A stretch of 64,000 nt of DNA from Octopus vulgaris (GCA_951406725.2 OX597817.1:125488001-125552000); one strand, 5' to 3'. Positions 12,299 to 24,946 are shown, numbered from the stretch's first letter. Notes: generated by a model from the letters alone, not told the origin. Numbers and translations: made by a program.

Positions 12299-12706
12299 GG
12301 TGCAGGAGTGGTTGCGTGGTAGGTAGCTTGCTTACCAACCACATGGTTCCAGGTTCAGTCCCACTGCATGGCACCTTGAGTAAGTGTCTTCTACTATAGC
12401 CTCGAGCTGACCAAAGCCTTGTGAGTGGACATGGTAGATGGAAACTGAAAGACGCCCGTCGTATATATGTATATATATGTATGTGTATGTATATGTTTGT
12501 GTGTCTGTGTTTGTCCCCCCAACATCGCTTGACAACTGATGCTGGTGTGTTTACATCCCAGTAACTTAGTGGCTTGGCAAAAGAGACTGATAGAATAAGT
12601 ACTAGGCTTACAAAGAATAAGTCCTGGGGTTGATTTGTTCGACTAAAGGTGGTGCTCCACCATGGACACAGTCAAATGACTGAAACAAATAAAAGAGTAA
12701 AAGAGT
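12299..12706 (+). mobile_element. SINE family A, full length
   Basis: Head GGTGCAGGAGTGG through tail CAGTCAAATGACTGAAACAA.TAAAAGAGTAAAAGAG. Confidence 0.9.
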
Positions 12707-13075
12707 ATACAAATATGAAAATGTCTTTCAATTTGCTTAAAGAAATGAGAGAAAATATACTGTTATTATCCTGTTTTGTTCTGTGTAGTTACTGTAAAGT
12801 AATTTTTTGTCCCTGCTGATGAAATGGAGATTACATTCTTATATTGTTGACCAAGATATCAACGACCATAGACTGAGATGATGTGGAAAGTCAAAACTTA
12901 TTCTGTGTTCAAATTTTAAGTAAGAAGAATTTTGCATGATAGAGTTTTAGATCCAGTGAAATAATTTTGTGCATGATTGTATGTGCCTATGGATATATAC
13001 AGGTTCTGTTAGGGCATGCATATGCAAGTGAGTGACATTGACCAGCGATATAAGTGTGTCTGTATATATATATAT

Positions 13076-13643
13076 AATTATTACATTATATAAAAGGGCT
13101 TAGTAAAATAAATTACTTTGCCGCATACTGAACTCATTAGAAATAGCAGCTAAAAAAACTTTTTTAAAACTATCTCCAATACTTAAAGAAAATCTCTCTC
13201 GTATAGTGTTTGCTCAATTCAACTCACGAAAGCAAGAAATGGAAAGATGTGTAAATTTAGCATTATGCCATCTAGATACTGAAATTTCTCTTCCACAGGC
13301 AAGTAAAGTATGATATGAGGCAACATTTAAAATAATCAACCCTTTCATGCTGGCCAAAATCTCTGATCGAAATAATTGTCAAATTCAGGAACTGCTCCAA
13401 CAACTTTTCGTGAGTTGAATTGAGCAAACACTATACGAGAGAGATTTTCTTTAAGTATTGGAGATAGTTTTAAAAAGTTTTTTAGCTGCTATTTCTAATG
13501 AGTTCAGTATGCGGCAAAGTAATTTATTTTACTAAGCCCTTTTATATAATGTAATAATTTGAATTCGCCTTAAATGGTCCCTTTGTATACTGAATACTTG
13601 GTGAAATTGATTAATTAATTAATTTTACCCTCAATTGTTGAAA
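13076..13643. mobile_element. Fold-back element in (TA)n (Penelope-like geometry) with a captured spacer
   Basis: About 155-bp inverted arms (13076-13231, 13406-13559); spacer 13236-13405 copies 14039-14208; (TA)n on both flanks. Confidence 0.75.
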
Positions 13644-13756
13644 ATATATATATATATATATATATGAATATTTATATACTTATATACATACATTTATATG
13701 AATATATATATACCTACATATATATATGTAAATATATACATATATATGCATATATA

Positions 13757-13800
<44 letters not shown>

Positions 13801-14878
13801 CATACACACACACATGTATATGTGTGCCTCTGTGTGTGTATGTATATTTTTATTTATACAAATACAGAGATGTATATAACTATGCATACAAACTCCCTAA
13901 ATGAATGCTGGCTAGCACACTGGAACAGCTTTTTATATAAAAACGTTGCAAGCATCTATCAGATTTGATGACACAGAGAAAAAACAATCCTATGACAAAA
14001 TTTCTTCATGAAAAGGAAAGGCTAGTGAACATCAACAGGAAATGGAAAGAGGTGTAAATTTAGCATTATGCCATCTAGATACTGAAATTTCTCTTCCACA
14101 GGCAAGTAAAGTATGATATGAGGCAACATTTAAAATAATCAACCCTTTCATGCTGGCCAAAATCTCTGATCGAAATAATTGTCAAATTCAGGAACTGCTC
14201 CAACAACTATGGAAAGAAGATATGAAGCACGATAAAGATAAATCTACAAAATTGTTGTAAAAACAAGATTGTTGGTTTGACGATTACAAAAGCAACTTTG
14301 GATAAGACTTCATGATGAAAATGAAACCACAACAGAAAAATGTGGGAAATTAAGGTAAATCAAAGAAAAACAGGTAAACATGCTACAAAAGAACTGTACA
14401 AGGAAATTAATCTACAAAAAAAAAAAAAGAAGAAGAATAACAAAACACATGCAGAAACAGCCTTCAGAACAACTCAAAGTGGAAATACGTATGCTTTGAA
14501 CTCAAGACATAGCACTGCAATACATGAATGCATGAGATATGGAAATCAATCTACAACGAGAGTTATTGAGATTCATGGCTGGATTAATGTGCCCAGAAGT
14601 GGATGAAGAAGCTGCTTACAAAATCGAACACAGGACAAATAGAAAATAGAAAACTCAGAAGCTTAAAAAGTTACAGAAATCCTGGTTACAGAAGAAGACA
14701 TAATACTGTTAACATTTTTAGGGCAAACATACCTCAACCTGATATTAGAAGTGATTAATCAAAGAAATATTCGCCCAAAATTTATGAATTCATCGAAAAG
14801 AAATCTAAATTGCTGTTTATTTTATTGTAAATGACTATTGTGATTCTGGTATCATATAATTTTAGTATAGTTTTACAT

Positions 14879-15311
14879 GGATGCCAAAGAGTGGAAGCTC
14901 TTCACAACTATCCACAAAAGGAGCATGTGCATATATCATATTTACCTTTATGCACACACACACACACACACACATACAAGACACATACATTCTATCTGTT
15001 TGACTAGTTGTCTATGTGTGCATCACTAAAACTCAAGAACTACCCAGCCAGTTTCATTCAAATCTTACACATGTATTACTTAGGGTGCACGGAGTGTCAT
15101 GAGCCAAAACAATGCTTAACTTCTTACCTATCGTGCCCAATGTGAGCCCAAAACTATCTCTTAGACTTTTGGTATTATATGTGAAACAATGACATCTCTA
15201 TTGTAATGTGATATAATAGTTTCACTAAATATATATATATATATATATGTATATGTATATATATATGTATGTATGTATATGTATATGTATATATGTATAT
15301 ATGTATATATG

Positions 15312-15367
<56 letters not shown>

Positions 15368-15425
15368 GTATATGTATATGTGTGTATATATGTGTATATG
15401 TATGTGTGTATATATATGTATATAT
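14879..15425 (+). repeat. Direct duplication copy 1 (copy 2 at 16683 to about 17225)
   Basis: GGATGCCAAAGAGTGGAAGCTC..TTCACTAAA plus the following TA/TG microsatellite pattern repeats 1804 bp downstream. Confidence 0.92.
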
Positions 15426-15550
15426 ATTTATGCATATATATATTATATATTACTTATAAATATGTATATGTATATGTGTGTATAAATATATGTATATATG
15501 TGTGTGTGTGTATATATATGTATGTATATATGTGTATATATATATTATAT

Positions 15551-16684
15551 AAATACCTAGCCAAAGATAAGCCCCTGTACCTGGCTTTTGTTGACATGGA
15601 GAAAGCTTTTGATAGGGTCCCCCGATCCCTTATCTGGTGGTCAATGAGGAAACTAGGGATAGATGAATGGCTGGTGAGGACTGTGCAAGCCATGTACAGA
15701 GATGCCGTAAGTAAGGTTAGGGTTGGCAACATGTACACAGAAGAATTCAAAGTAGAGGTTGGGGTCCACTAGGGTTCAGTACTCAGCCCCCTCCTATTTA
15801 TCATAGTCCTCCAGGCAATTACGGAGGAATTCAAGACAGGTTGTCCCTGGGAGCTCCTCTACACTGACGACCTTGCTCTTATTGCTGAGTCACTATCAGA
15901 GCTGGAGGAGAAGTTCCAGGTGTGGAAGGAGGGTTTAGAATCGAGGGGCCTTAGAGTCAACCTAGCTAAAACCAAAGTACTAATAAGTAGGAAGGTAGAC
16001 AATCCACAAATGTCTTCAGGAAGATGGCCCTGCTCGATCTGTAGAAAAGGTGTAGGTAGAAACTCTATAAGATGTACCCAGTGTAAGCTATGGACACATA
16101 AGAGGTGCAGCAATGTCAAAGGTAGGCTAACTGGGAAGATAGTTTTTGTATGTGGCAGATGCTCGGGAGCATTAACCTCCGAAAATCTGCAGAAAACAAC
16201 TTCCGTCACTTTCCAGGGGGAAAAACTAGAAGTAGTTGATAGCTTCCGTTATCTAGGTGACCAAGTCAGTAGTGGGGGTGGGTGCGCTGAAAGTGTAACT
16301 GCTAGAATAAGAATAGCCTGGGCAAAGTTTAGGGAGCTCTTACCTCTGCTGGTGACTAAAGGCCTCTCGCTCAGAGTAAAAGGCAGACTGTATGATGCGT
16401 GTGTACGAACAGCCATGCTACATGGCAGTGAAACATGGGCCGTGACTGCTGAGGACATGCGTAAGCTCGTGAGGAATGAAGCCAGTATGCTCCGATGGAT
16501 GTGTAATGTCAGTGTACATACTCGACAGAGCGTTAGCACCTTGAGAGAAATGTTGTACCTAAGAAGCATCAGTTGTGGTGTGCAAGAGAGACGATTGCGC
16601 TAGTATGGTCATGTGGCGAGAATGGATGAAGATAGGTGTGTGAGAAAGTGCCAATCCCTAGCAGTTGAGGGAACCCGTGGAAGG
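15551..16684 (+). pseudogene. 5'-truncated RTE-group LINE reverse transcriptase with in-frame stops
   Basis: [33 protein letters not shown] (YADD position), Cys-rich CSICR..CTQC..H..C insert, FRYLG, LR*YGHVARM. Confidence 0.92.
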
Positions 16685-17102
16685 ATGCCAAAGAGTGGAA
16701 GCTCTTCACAACTATCCACAAAAGGAGCATGTGCATATATCATATTTACCTTTATGCACACACACACACACACACACATACAAGACACATACATTCTATC
16801 TGTTTGACTAGTTGTCTATGTGTGCATCACTAAAACTCAAGAACTACCCAGCCAGTTTCATTCAAATCTTACACATGTATTACTTAGGGTGCACGGAGTG
16901 TCATGAGCCAAAACAATGCTTAACTTCTTACTTACTGTGCCCAATGTGAGCCCAGAACTATCTCTTAGGACTTTTGGTATTATATGTGAAACAATGACAT
17001 CTCTATTGTAATGTGATATAATAGTTTCACTAAATATATATATATATATATATGTATATGTATATATATATGTATGTATGTATATGTATATGTATATATG
17101 TA

Positions 17103-17171
<69 letters not shown>

Positions 17172-17268
17172 GTATATGTATGTGTGTATATATGTGTATA
17201 TGTATGTGTGTATATATATGTATATATATGTGTGTGTATATATGTGTATGTATATATGTATATATAGA

Positions 17269-17302
17269 ACGGACGTTAAATGATGATGATGATGATGATG
17301 AT
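17269..17302 (+). mobile_element. Isolated RTE 3' terminus
   Basis: CGGACGTTAAA(TGA)n matches the RTE ends at about 26838 and 46952. Confidence 0.75.
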
Positions 17303-17522
17303 GTGTATACATACATACATATATATATACATATATGTATAGATATAGATATATGAAATATAGAGTTAGCAGTTGTAGTAACCAACTAAGGGATTAAATA
17401 TCTGTATGCTCTATCAGTATCCATTACCTGTGTTATCCCTGGGCAATGGCATGCAGGGGCACCATATACATTGAGCACAAGTGACAATAGGATAAACAGA
17501 TGTTCAGCAGGAACCATTGCAA

Positions 17523-17962
17523 ATAATTAGAAAATGGAGAGAAACATAGATTAACCAGTACATCGAAGAGGACCACATTGAAAGCTTGTTTAAAAGGAAG
17601 AGGTAAGAAAACATGATAAGAAAACATTTACCATCAAAGAACATAAATGAGAGAAAAATTATATGCACTTAACATATTGGGCTTTTAGAATATTTGTCTA
17701 AACCATGTTTTCTTACCAATTCCTTCTCCCTTTTCTTTATATTGTATGCTTTTGTTTTCCAGTCTGATGAAGAACGGTTGCCTTAATTTGAATGCCCTAT
17801 GAAGATGAAGAATTTTATTCTCGCATTTATGTATATACTGCATTCTGGGAATCTGATCAGAAACAGCTGTTAGCTTATTTCTGTCTTGCTTTGTATCAAT
17901 AAACAAGCTTTAAATGTGGTCCTGTTGATGTACTGATTAATCTATGTTTTTCTCTATTTTCG

Positions 17963-17968
<6 letters not shown>
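17523..17968 (+). mobile_element. Older Penelope-like remnant with an inverted partial copy and a hammerhead-like motif
   Basis: Diverged inverted arms 17523-17592 / 17899-17968; CTGATGA (17764)..GAAA-CAGCTG-TT (17860); abuts (TA)n. Confidence 0.55.
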
Positions 17969-18010
<42 letters not shown>

Positions 18011-18157
18011 CACTTCTACAGTTTAATTCTTTATCAGCATTCATAGTTTGTTCAATTTGAAATACAAAATAGTACAAGTGATTATTCAAGCTGGTAATAT
18101 TTAAAATTTAGAATCCAAGGAAATCTATACTATTAGAAATTCACCCATTTGAAATAG

Positions 18158-18555
18158 ACACAGGAATGGCTGTGTGGTAAGTAGCTTGCTTACCAACCAC
18201 CTGGTTCTGGGTTCAGTCCCACTGCTTGGCACCTTGGGCAAGTGTCTTCTACTACAGCCTTGGGCCGACCAAAGCCATGTGTGTGGATTTGGTAGATGGA
18301 AGCCAGTCGTATATATGTATATGTATATATATATGCATGTGTGTGTGCTTGTGTGTCTGTGCTTGTCCCCACCCCCAACATCACTTGACGACCGATGCTG
18401 GTGTGTTTACATCCCCATAACTTAGCGTTTCAGCAAAAGAGACCGATAGAATAAGTACTAGGCTTCCAAAGAATTAGTCCTGGAGTCAATTTGCTCAACT
18501 AAAAGCGTTGCTCCAGCATGACCACAGTCAAATGATTGAAACAAGTAAAAGAGTA
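18158..18555 (+). mobile_element. SINE family A
   Basis: Same head, core and tail as 12299-12706. Confidence 0.88.
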
Positions 18556-18557
18556 TA

Positions 18558-18619
<62 letters not shown>

Positions 18620-18674
18620 AATGACTGAAACAAGTAAAAGAGTAAAAGAGTATATAATTATATATATATATATA

Positions 18675-20051
18675 CCCAACATGGTTTCCGACCAGGAAGA
18701 AGCTGTTTAACTCAGCTCCTACAACACTATGACTGGGTGCTGAAACAACTGCTTAACCACTCAAATGTGGAAGTCATATATCTCGACTTTGCAAAGGCCT
18801 TTGATAAAGTCGATCATGGAATGATATGTCACAAACTGCGTGATCTTGGCATAGTTGGAAAATTGGGAGAATGGCTTCATGACTTTCTGAAGAATAGAAG
18901 TCAGGTGGTAGCAGCCATTGGGGCCACTTCCATTAACACACAAATAGTGAGCGGTGTTCTGCAGGGCACTGTTTTGGGACCACTACTGTTCATAATGGCC
19001 CTCTTCAGACATGCCCTCAGCCACGCAGAGACCCACGATCACAAGTTATGCAGATGATACAAAAGTTTCACAGGCAATACAGAACCCTGAAGACACTAAG
19101 CACCAGCAATGTGAGCTGGACGAAATATACAAGTGGGCTGAAAAGAATAGCATGCAGTTCAATGCTGAAAAGTTTCAAGCTTTATACTATCAGCATGCAA
19201 AACTGAATGCAACACCCAATGAATACACTGGACCCGGAGGGATTGCAATCCCAGAGGCACAATCAGTGCGTGACCTGGGTATTCACATGAGTGATGATGC
19301 GACCTTTCATGTACATGTTGCTAAACTGGCAATAAAATGTAGACGGCTGGCTGGATGGATTCTCAGAACCTTTAGAACAAGAGAACAAGAAACCATGATG
19401 GTCCTCTGGAGGACACTTGTCCTAAGCCACTTTGACTATTGCTCTCAGTTATGGTCACCATCCAGTGTCAAGTTGATCACAGAGCTCGAGGCGATCCAGC
19501 GTAGCTACACGAAGAAGATAGCCTCTATGCAGAATGTAAGCTACTGGGAAAGACTCAAGAGATTAAAACTATATTCCTTGGAGCGTAGGCGGGAAAGATA
19601 TGCCATAATATACATCTGGAAGATCCTGGAGGGACGTGTCCCAAACTTTGGCATCGAGAGTTACACAAATGCCAGAACTGGGCGCCACTGCGTGGTGCCT
19701 AGGACTCCAAATTTGCCATCAAGATGTAGGACAAGATGCTGTGATAGCCTGGGCTTCCATGGCCCACAGCTCTTCAATATCCGCCCGAAGAACCTGAGAG
19801 ACCTGCATGGGGTGGATGCAGATGTCTTTAAAATGGAACTGGATCTCTTCCTGTCAGGTGTCCCAGATGAACCAACTTTACGGCAGGAGGTGCAGATGAG
19901 GGCAGCTGCATCGAACTCTCTCATGCACCAAATGGCAGTTGCTAAAAAGCTTTCGTGAAGTAAAACCAAGTAGCAACACCAAATGGCGGTGCCCCAGCAT
20001 GGCCACAGCTCATGAGCTGATACTAGAATCAATCAATCAATCAATCAATCA
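18675..20051 (+). mobile_element. 5'-truncated CR1/L2-group LINE (RT domain and C-terminus, one frameshift) with (ATCA)n tail
   Basis: QHGFRPGRSC, YLDFAKAFDKVDH, QGTVLGPLLF, frameshift near 19000, YADD, RDLG, SLERRRER; stop at 19958; short 3' UTR. Confidence 0.92.
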
Positions 20052-20269
20052 TATATATAATTATGTACTCTTTTACTCTTTTACTTGTTTCAGTCATTTG
20101 ACTGTGGCCATGCTGAAGCACCGCCTTTAGTTGTTATATATATATTTTTTGCTTGCTTAGTGGACTGAAAGAATGTGAAGTAAAATTCTTTCATGTCTTT
20201 TATCTTTTACTGGTTTCACTCATTGGATTGCAGCCATGGAATCAGTCACACACATCTATCATCATTGTC

Positions 20270-20550
20270 ACCATCGACATTCAGCATCCATTTTTCATAC
20301 TGACATGGGTTGGATGGCTTTACAGGTGCTGGCCAAGTCAATGGCTGCACCAGGTTCTAAAGTCTGATTTGGCTTGGTTTCTATGACCGGATGCCCTTCC
20401 TAATGCCAATCACTTTACAGAGTGTGCTTTATGTATGGTACCAGTGTACATTATATATGGTACCAGCACCCACACCAGTGCTTTTTACATGGCACCTTGG
20501 CCTTAGGATCTCAATTCTATTGTGGTGGGCAGGTCTTCTTGAGTATAGCA
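20270..20550 (-). mobile_element. RTE 3' UTR nested in an old SINE family A copy (about 20195-20890)
   Basis: GGATGCCCTTCCTAATGCCAA and GTGCTTTTTACATGGCAC (reverse of the RTE UTR). Confidence 0.65.
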
Positions 20551-22359
20551 ATGCTCCACAATGCTGTACTGAAGAAGATTTGCCCACCACTCATAATATT
20601 TTCAAGTCTGGCACTTATTTTATCAGTCACTTTCTTCCAAACTGCTAAGTTACATGGATGTAAACAAACGAACACCAGTGGTCAAATGATGATGGTGGTG
20701 GGAACAAGCATATACACAAAGATACATGCATGCACATCTACACCTACACATATGTATGATAAACTTCAATACTGTTTTTGTTGACCAAATTCTCTCACAA
20801 GGCGTTGATTGCCCTGGGATTTTAGCAGAAGACACTTGCATGAGGTGTCATGCAGTGAAGCTGAATCAAAGCCCATGCTGTTGCAAAGTGTGTCAATATA
20901 TAAATGCCAAATTGGAAGGGCCATTAGAGAAGCGGATAGAATGCCATGTAATATTTATTCCAATTCTCTGTGAAGTGATTTAAATCATGTCTAGATCAGC
21001 ATTTTATTTCAACTTTCCAATATATTTGTAAAAAGTTAGAGTATTGCATAGGCATCTTGTAATAGCTGTTTCAGTTCTGTGAACTTAGCATGCAATGCTT
21101 ACCTCCGGGTCAGTTAGAAATGGTGAGTGGCTTGAGAAGTCTTAGCAAGTATGTTAATATTTCAGCTACTATCACTTGATAACAGCCCAATAGTTCAAAG
21201 GATGAAGGACGCAACTGATAGACAAACATATACTAGAAGCATACTGGTGGACAGATAGACAGAAAGACACAAGCATGCATACACACACACACACCACCAC
21301 CACCACCACCACCACCACACCACACACACACATATGTCTGTCATTTTCATTATCATCATAGAAGGTTAAGATTCTATGATTATGAAAATGAAAGCCTACC
21401 AGTTTAACAAAATGATTATTTAATACCCAGTACCTAAAAATATGATATGATTTATCAAATTAGCAATTATATATATATTGTGCTGCCGGCCAGCTGGTAC
21501 AGATCCGATATAAATAAATATTATTTTAGATTCCTAAAACAGCATCTAAGTAATAACTTGGACTGCTGAAAACAAGATGATGCAGGTCTATAAATTTTCA
21601 GAATATTTACAAAATATATAAAACATAAGGCAATTTTTTTCTCTTATCATATGACAGATGGGTTTATATTGAAACAAACCAGACATTAATAAAGTATAAG
21701 CTCTGAAAACAATAAAAACATACTAAAGTACTAAATAATGTTTTAGCATGAATTTCCAATGAAATCTAATTATAAAAGAAACAACGTTTTTGCCTTTTGA
21801 TATAATTATTGTGATTTTATGAATTTCCAAGCAATAATAACTTTTTTATTATATTTTTAAAGTAATAATAATATTTTCATTGCATACTAAACAAGTTGAT
21901 TGCTTAAATAGTTGAATTTCAATGAATTCATGTAAATTATAAAGTAAATGAGATTGTGAAACATTCATGCTTTTCTGAAAAGATACTAGTGATTTTAATG
22001 TAGAGAAACAGTTTCAGTTAGAAGCAAAAAAATGGGTCTCAGGCATAGCACTTTAGATTTTTCTCTCTAAATAATATGGCACTTTCCACAGTGAGTGCTA
22101 ACATACTGAATGCAGTGAAGCAAAGAAATTTCAATTAATTAATATTGCATTTAGTGGGGACTAAAAAAAAAATCATATCAAAATCATTATGAAATTTTAA
22201 TTAATCAAAATTAAACTTAGTTTAGAGTAAAATACATCACTGTTTTAATAACTCATTCATGTCAACAAAGACAGTGCAGGCATTACTGGGATTTCAATTT
22301 CGTAAAAATAGGAGAGAACAAGGGATCTTTTGTAGTTTGGTGACATCTTAAAATGTACA

Positions 22360-23420
22360 TTTGTCTACCCTACCATTTTGTTGTCTGTTTTGTCTATTCT
22401 CTGTCTATCTTGTCAATTCACAGCTGTCTACATTGCGAATTCACTTGTCTACTGTCCGAAATCACTGTCTACCATAACAAATGTCTGCTCTGCCAATTCT
22501 CTGTATACCTTGTCTAATTTTTGTCTACCTTGCCTATTTGCTGTCTTTCCTGCAAAACACTGTTTACTCTGCCAATTCGCTGGCTATTCTGCTAATGCAT
22601 TAGCTACCCTAACATGTCGCTATTTTGTTTCTATGCTGTCTACACTTTCATTACTTTGTTTACCATACCAATTCTTTGCCTACCCTGCTAATTCACTGTC
22701 TACTCTACTAATTCACCATCTACCCTGTCAGTTCGCTATCTGTCTTGCCAACTCACTCTGTACCCATCCACATTGCTGTCTGCCCTGCTAATAAGCAACT
22801 TTCCTTACCCAGTTACTGTCTTCCCAGTAATTTCACCATTTACTATACCAATCCACTGTTCTTTCTGACAGTTCGGTGTCGACATTGCCAAATTAGTGGC
22901 GGCTATGCCAATTTGTTGCCTATTCATTCAATTCACTGTCTATCTTAGTAATTGACAGTCTTCTCTACCAAGTTACTGTTTACTCTTTAGTTTGATGTCT
23001 ACTTAGTCAATTCACTGTCTATCCTGCTAATTTGCTGTCTTAACTTTGCATTTGTCATCTGTGTTTCCATTTTGCTGTCGACACTGCAAAGTCAACCTTT
23101 CAAATTTGCTGTCTACCTTGCCAATTTGTTGTCCACCCTACCAAATGGCAGCATACTTCATTAATTTGCAGTCTATGCTTCTGTTTCACTGTCTATCGTG
23201 CTAAATCACTCTCTACCCTGCCTATTTACTATCTACTCTGCCAATTCCCTATCTATTCTTCCAAGTTGCTGTTAACCCTGCCAATTAATTATCTACCATG
23301 AAAATTTCTTCTCAGCTCAGCTAATTCACTTTTTCCATTGCCAATTCACTGACTGCCTTTCCAATTTACAGTGCTAATTCACTGTCTACTTTTATGAATC
23401 AACTGTCTGCTTTGCCAGTA
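22360..23420. repeat. Degenerate ~20-bp minisatellite (consensus about CTGCCAATTCACTGTCTACC)
   Basis: GCCAATT / CTGTCTAC recur at about 20-bp spacing over about 1 kb. Confidence 0.85.
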
Positions 23421-23551
23421 TCATCTCTTCCTCCAAATCTAAGCAATAAAAAAGGCAAATCCTAAATATTTACTGAATGAAATACACACATCTAGATATC
23501 TGAGATAAATACATTTGAATACATTATAAAAAAAAATTGATAAATGACTGA

Positions 23552-23617
<66 letters not shown>

Positions 23618-23675
23618 CATATATATACATATACCTGCATACAAATATATATGAGTATGTATGTATGTATGTATG

Positions 23676-23706
<31 letters not shown>

Positions 23707-24826
23707 GTATGTATGTATGTATGAATGTATGTATGTATGCTCCACGTACAAAAGAAAAGAGAGACATACATTGCCTTCATGAGTGCTGATAACGAAAATG
23801 AACCAGCATCGATTGTATGTAGAATGGTAATAACACATAGATAGAAAATAAAACCTGAGGCTAATGATTCTACGTTGAACAGAATTATACAATATTTTAG
23901 TAGCTTTATCTAGAAGTCAACAAATACAGACTATCAAAGAAAAAGATACCAGAAAAATTTTAATGGATAATTATTCTGAAGTAAACATTAAAATATATTT
24001 CCTGCAGCCTATGTCAGAAATTCCTCATGATACAAATCTTGCCTAAATAAATATATCATCCAAAAGATATTAGAATTCTTGCCATTGGTTTAATTCGGGT
24101 AACAAGTCATTGCTGAAAATTAGCTGATTCTTATTAAAATGTGAAAATAAAGGTTTATTTTACTGAAAGCAAAAAAGAGAGGACGTCAGTTGAAAATTGC
24201 TGAAATGGACATGACAGACATGAATTAGGATTAAAATTTTCAGTGCATTCAGAGAACACATAATATCAATACTGTTACTGCAAAACAGGGGACATAACCG
24301 AAGTACAAAGAGTAATGAACAAAATATGCTCAATCATTGGTACTAATATTGTAATATTATGAAATTTCTAACAATAACTACTATATTACAACCATTGATT
24401 TTTGTGTAGGCTCAGGTCAAATGTAACTGAGAATATCAAAAGTACATAGCTTCAAGTATGCTATAGTATCAAGCATTGCAGAGTTTGAGGAAGAATTTTC
24501 TGATATACAAGTAGAAACTCTTTCGTTAATTTATTACAGCTCTTGTTCATTATAACAAGCATTTCTGGACACCATACCCTAACTTTCTGCTATGAAATAT
24601 AAAGAATTACAGACTATCAAAAATGAAATACTTACACCTTTACTTATCACATACACAATGCATCTATTTATGATAGCACAGCAAAACCAAATTCATCAGT
24701 TTAACACTTTCGTTACCATATTTATTTTGAGATGCTCTGTGTTTCTTTCAATTATTTAAAAAATAACAAAGAATTTAGTAAAATAACTTAGTTATCATTA
24801 AGCTGGTATTAGGAACATAATTTGTG

Positions 24827-24946
24827 ACATACGGCCATATCACATTGAAAGCACCGGTTCTCGTCCGATCACCGAAGTTAAGCAACATCGATCCTAGTTA
24901 GTACTTAGATGGGTGACCGCTTGGGAAACCTAGGTGCGGTAAGCAT
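24827..24946 (+). rRNA. 5S rRNA: 5S rRNA-derived sequence (retroposed copy or SINE head, probably not a functional gene)
   Basis: TACGGCCATATCAC..TCTCGTCCGATCACCGAAGTTAAGC..GTTAGTACTT.GATGGGTGACCGC.TGGGAA..GGTGC.GTAAGC; first 3 nt do not pair with the 3' end; no T4 terminator. Confidence 0.92.

Noticed and set aside
13490-13540. Hammerhead in the 13076 fold-back
   Set aside because: CTAATGA and GCAAA are both off-consensus and stem I does not pair.
13900-14700. Purine-rich coding-like relic (QELLQQLWKED...)
   Set aside because: Multiple stops and no recognisable domain; it cannot be assigned.
21103-21214. Minus-strand exon candidate with an ag|gtaagc donor
   Set aside because: All three frames contain stops.
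24827-24946. Functional 5S rRNA gene
   Set aside because: Solitary, 5' end unpaired, no T-run terminator, helix II mismatches, fused to a LINE tail inside a MITE.
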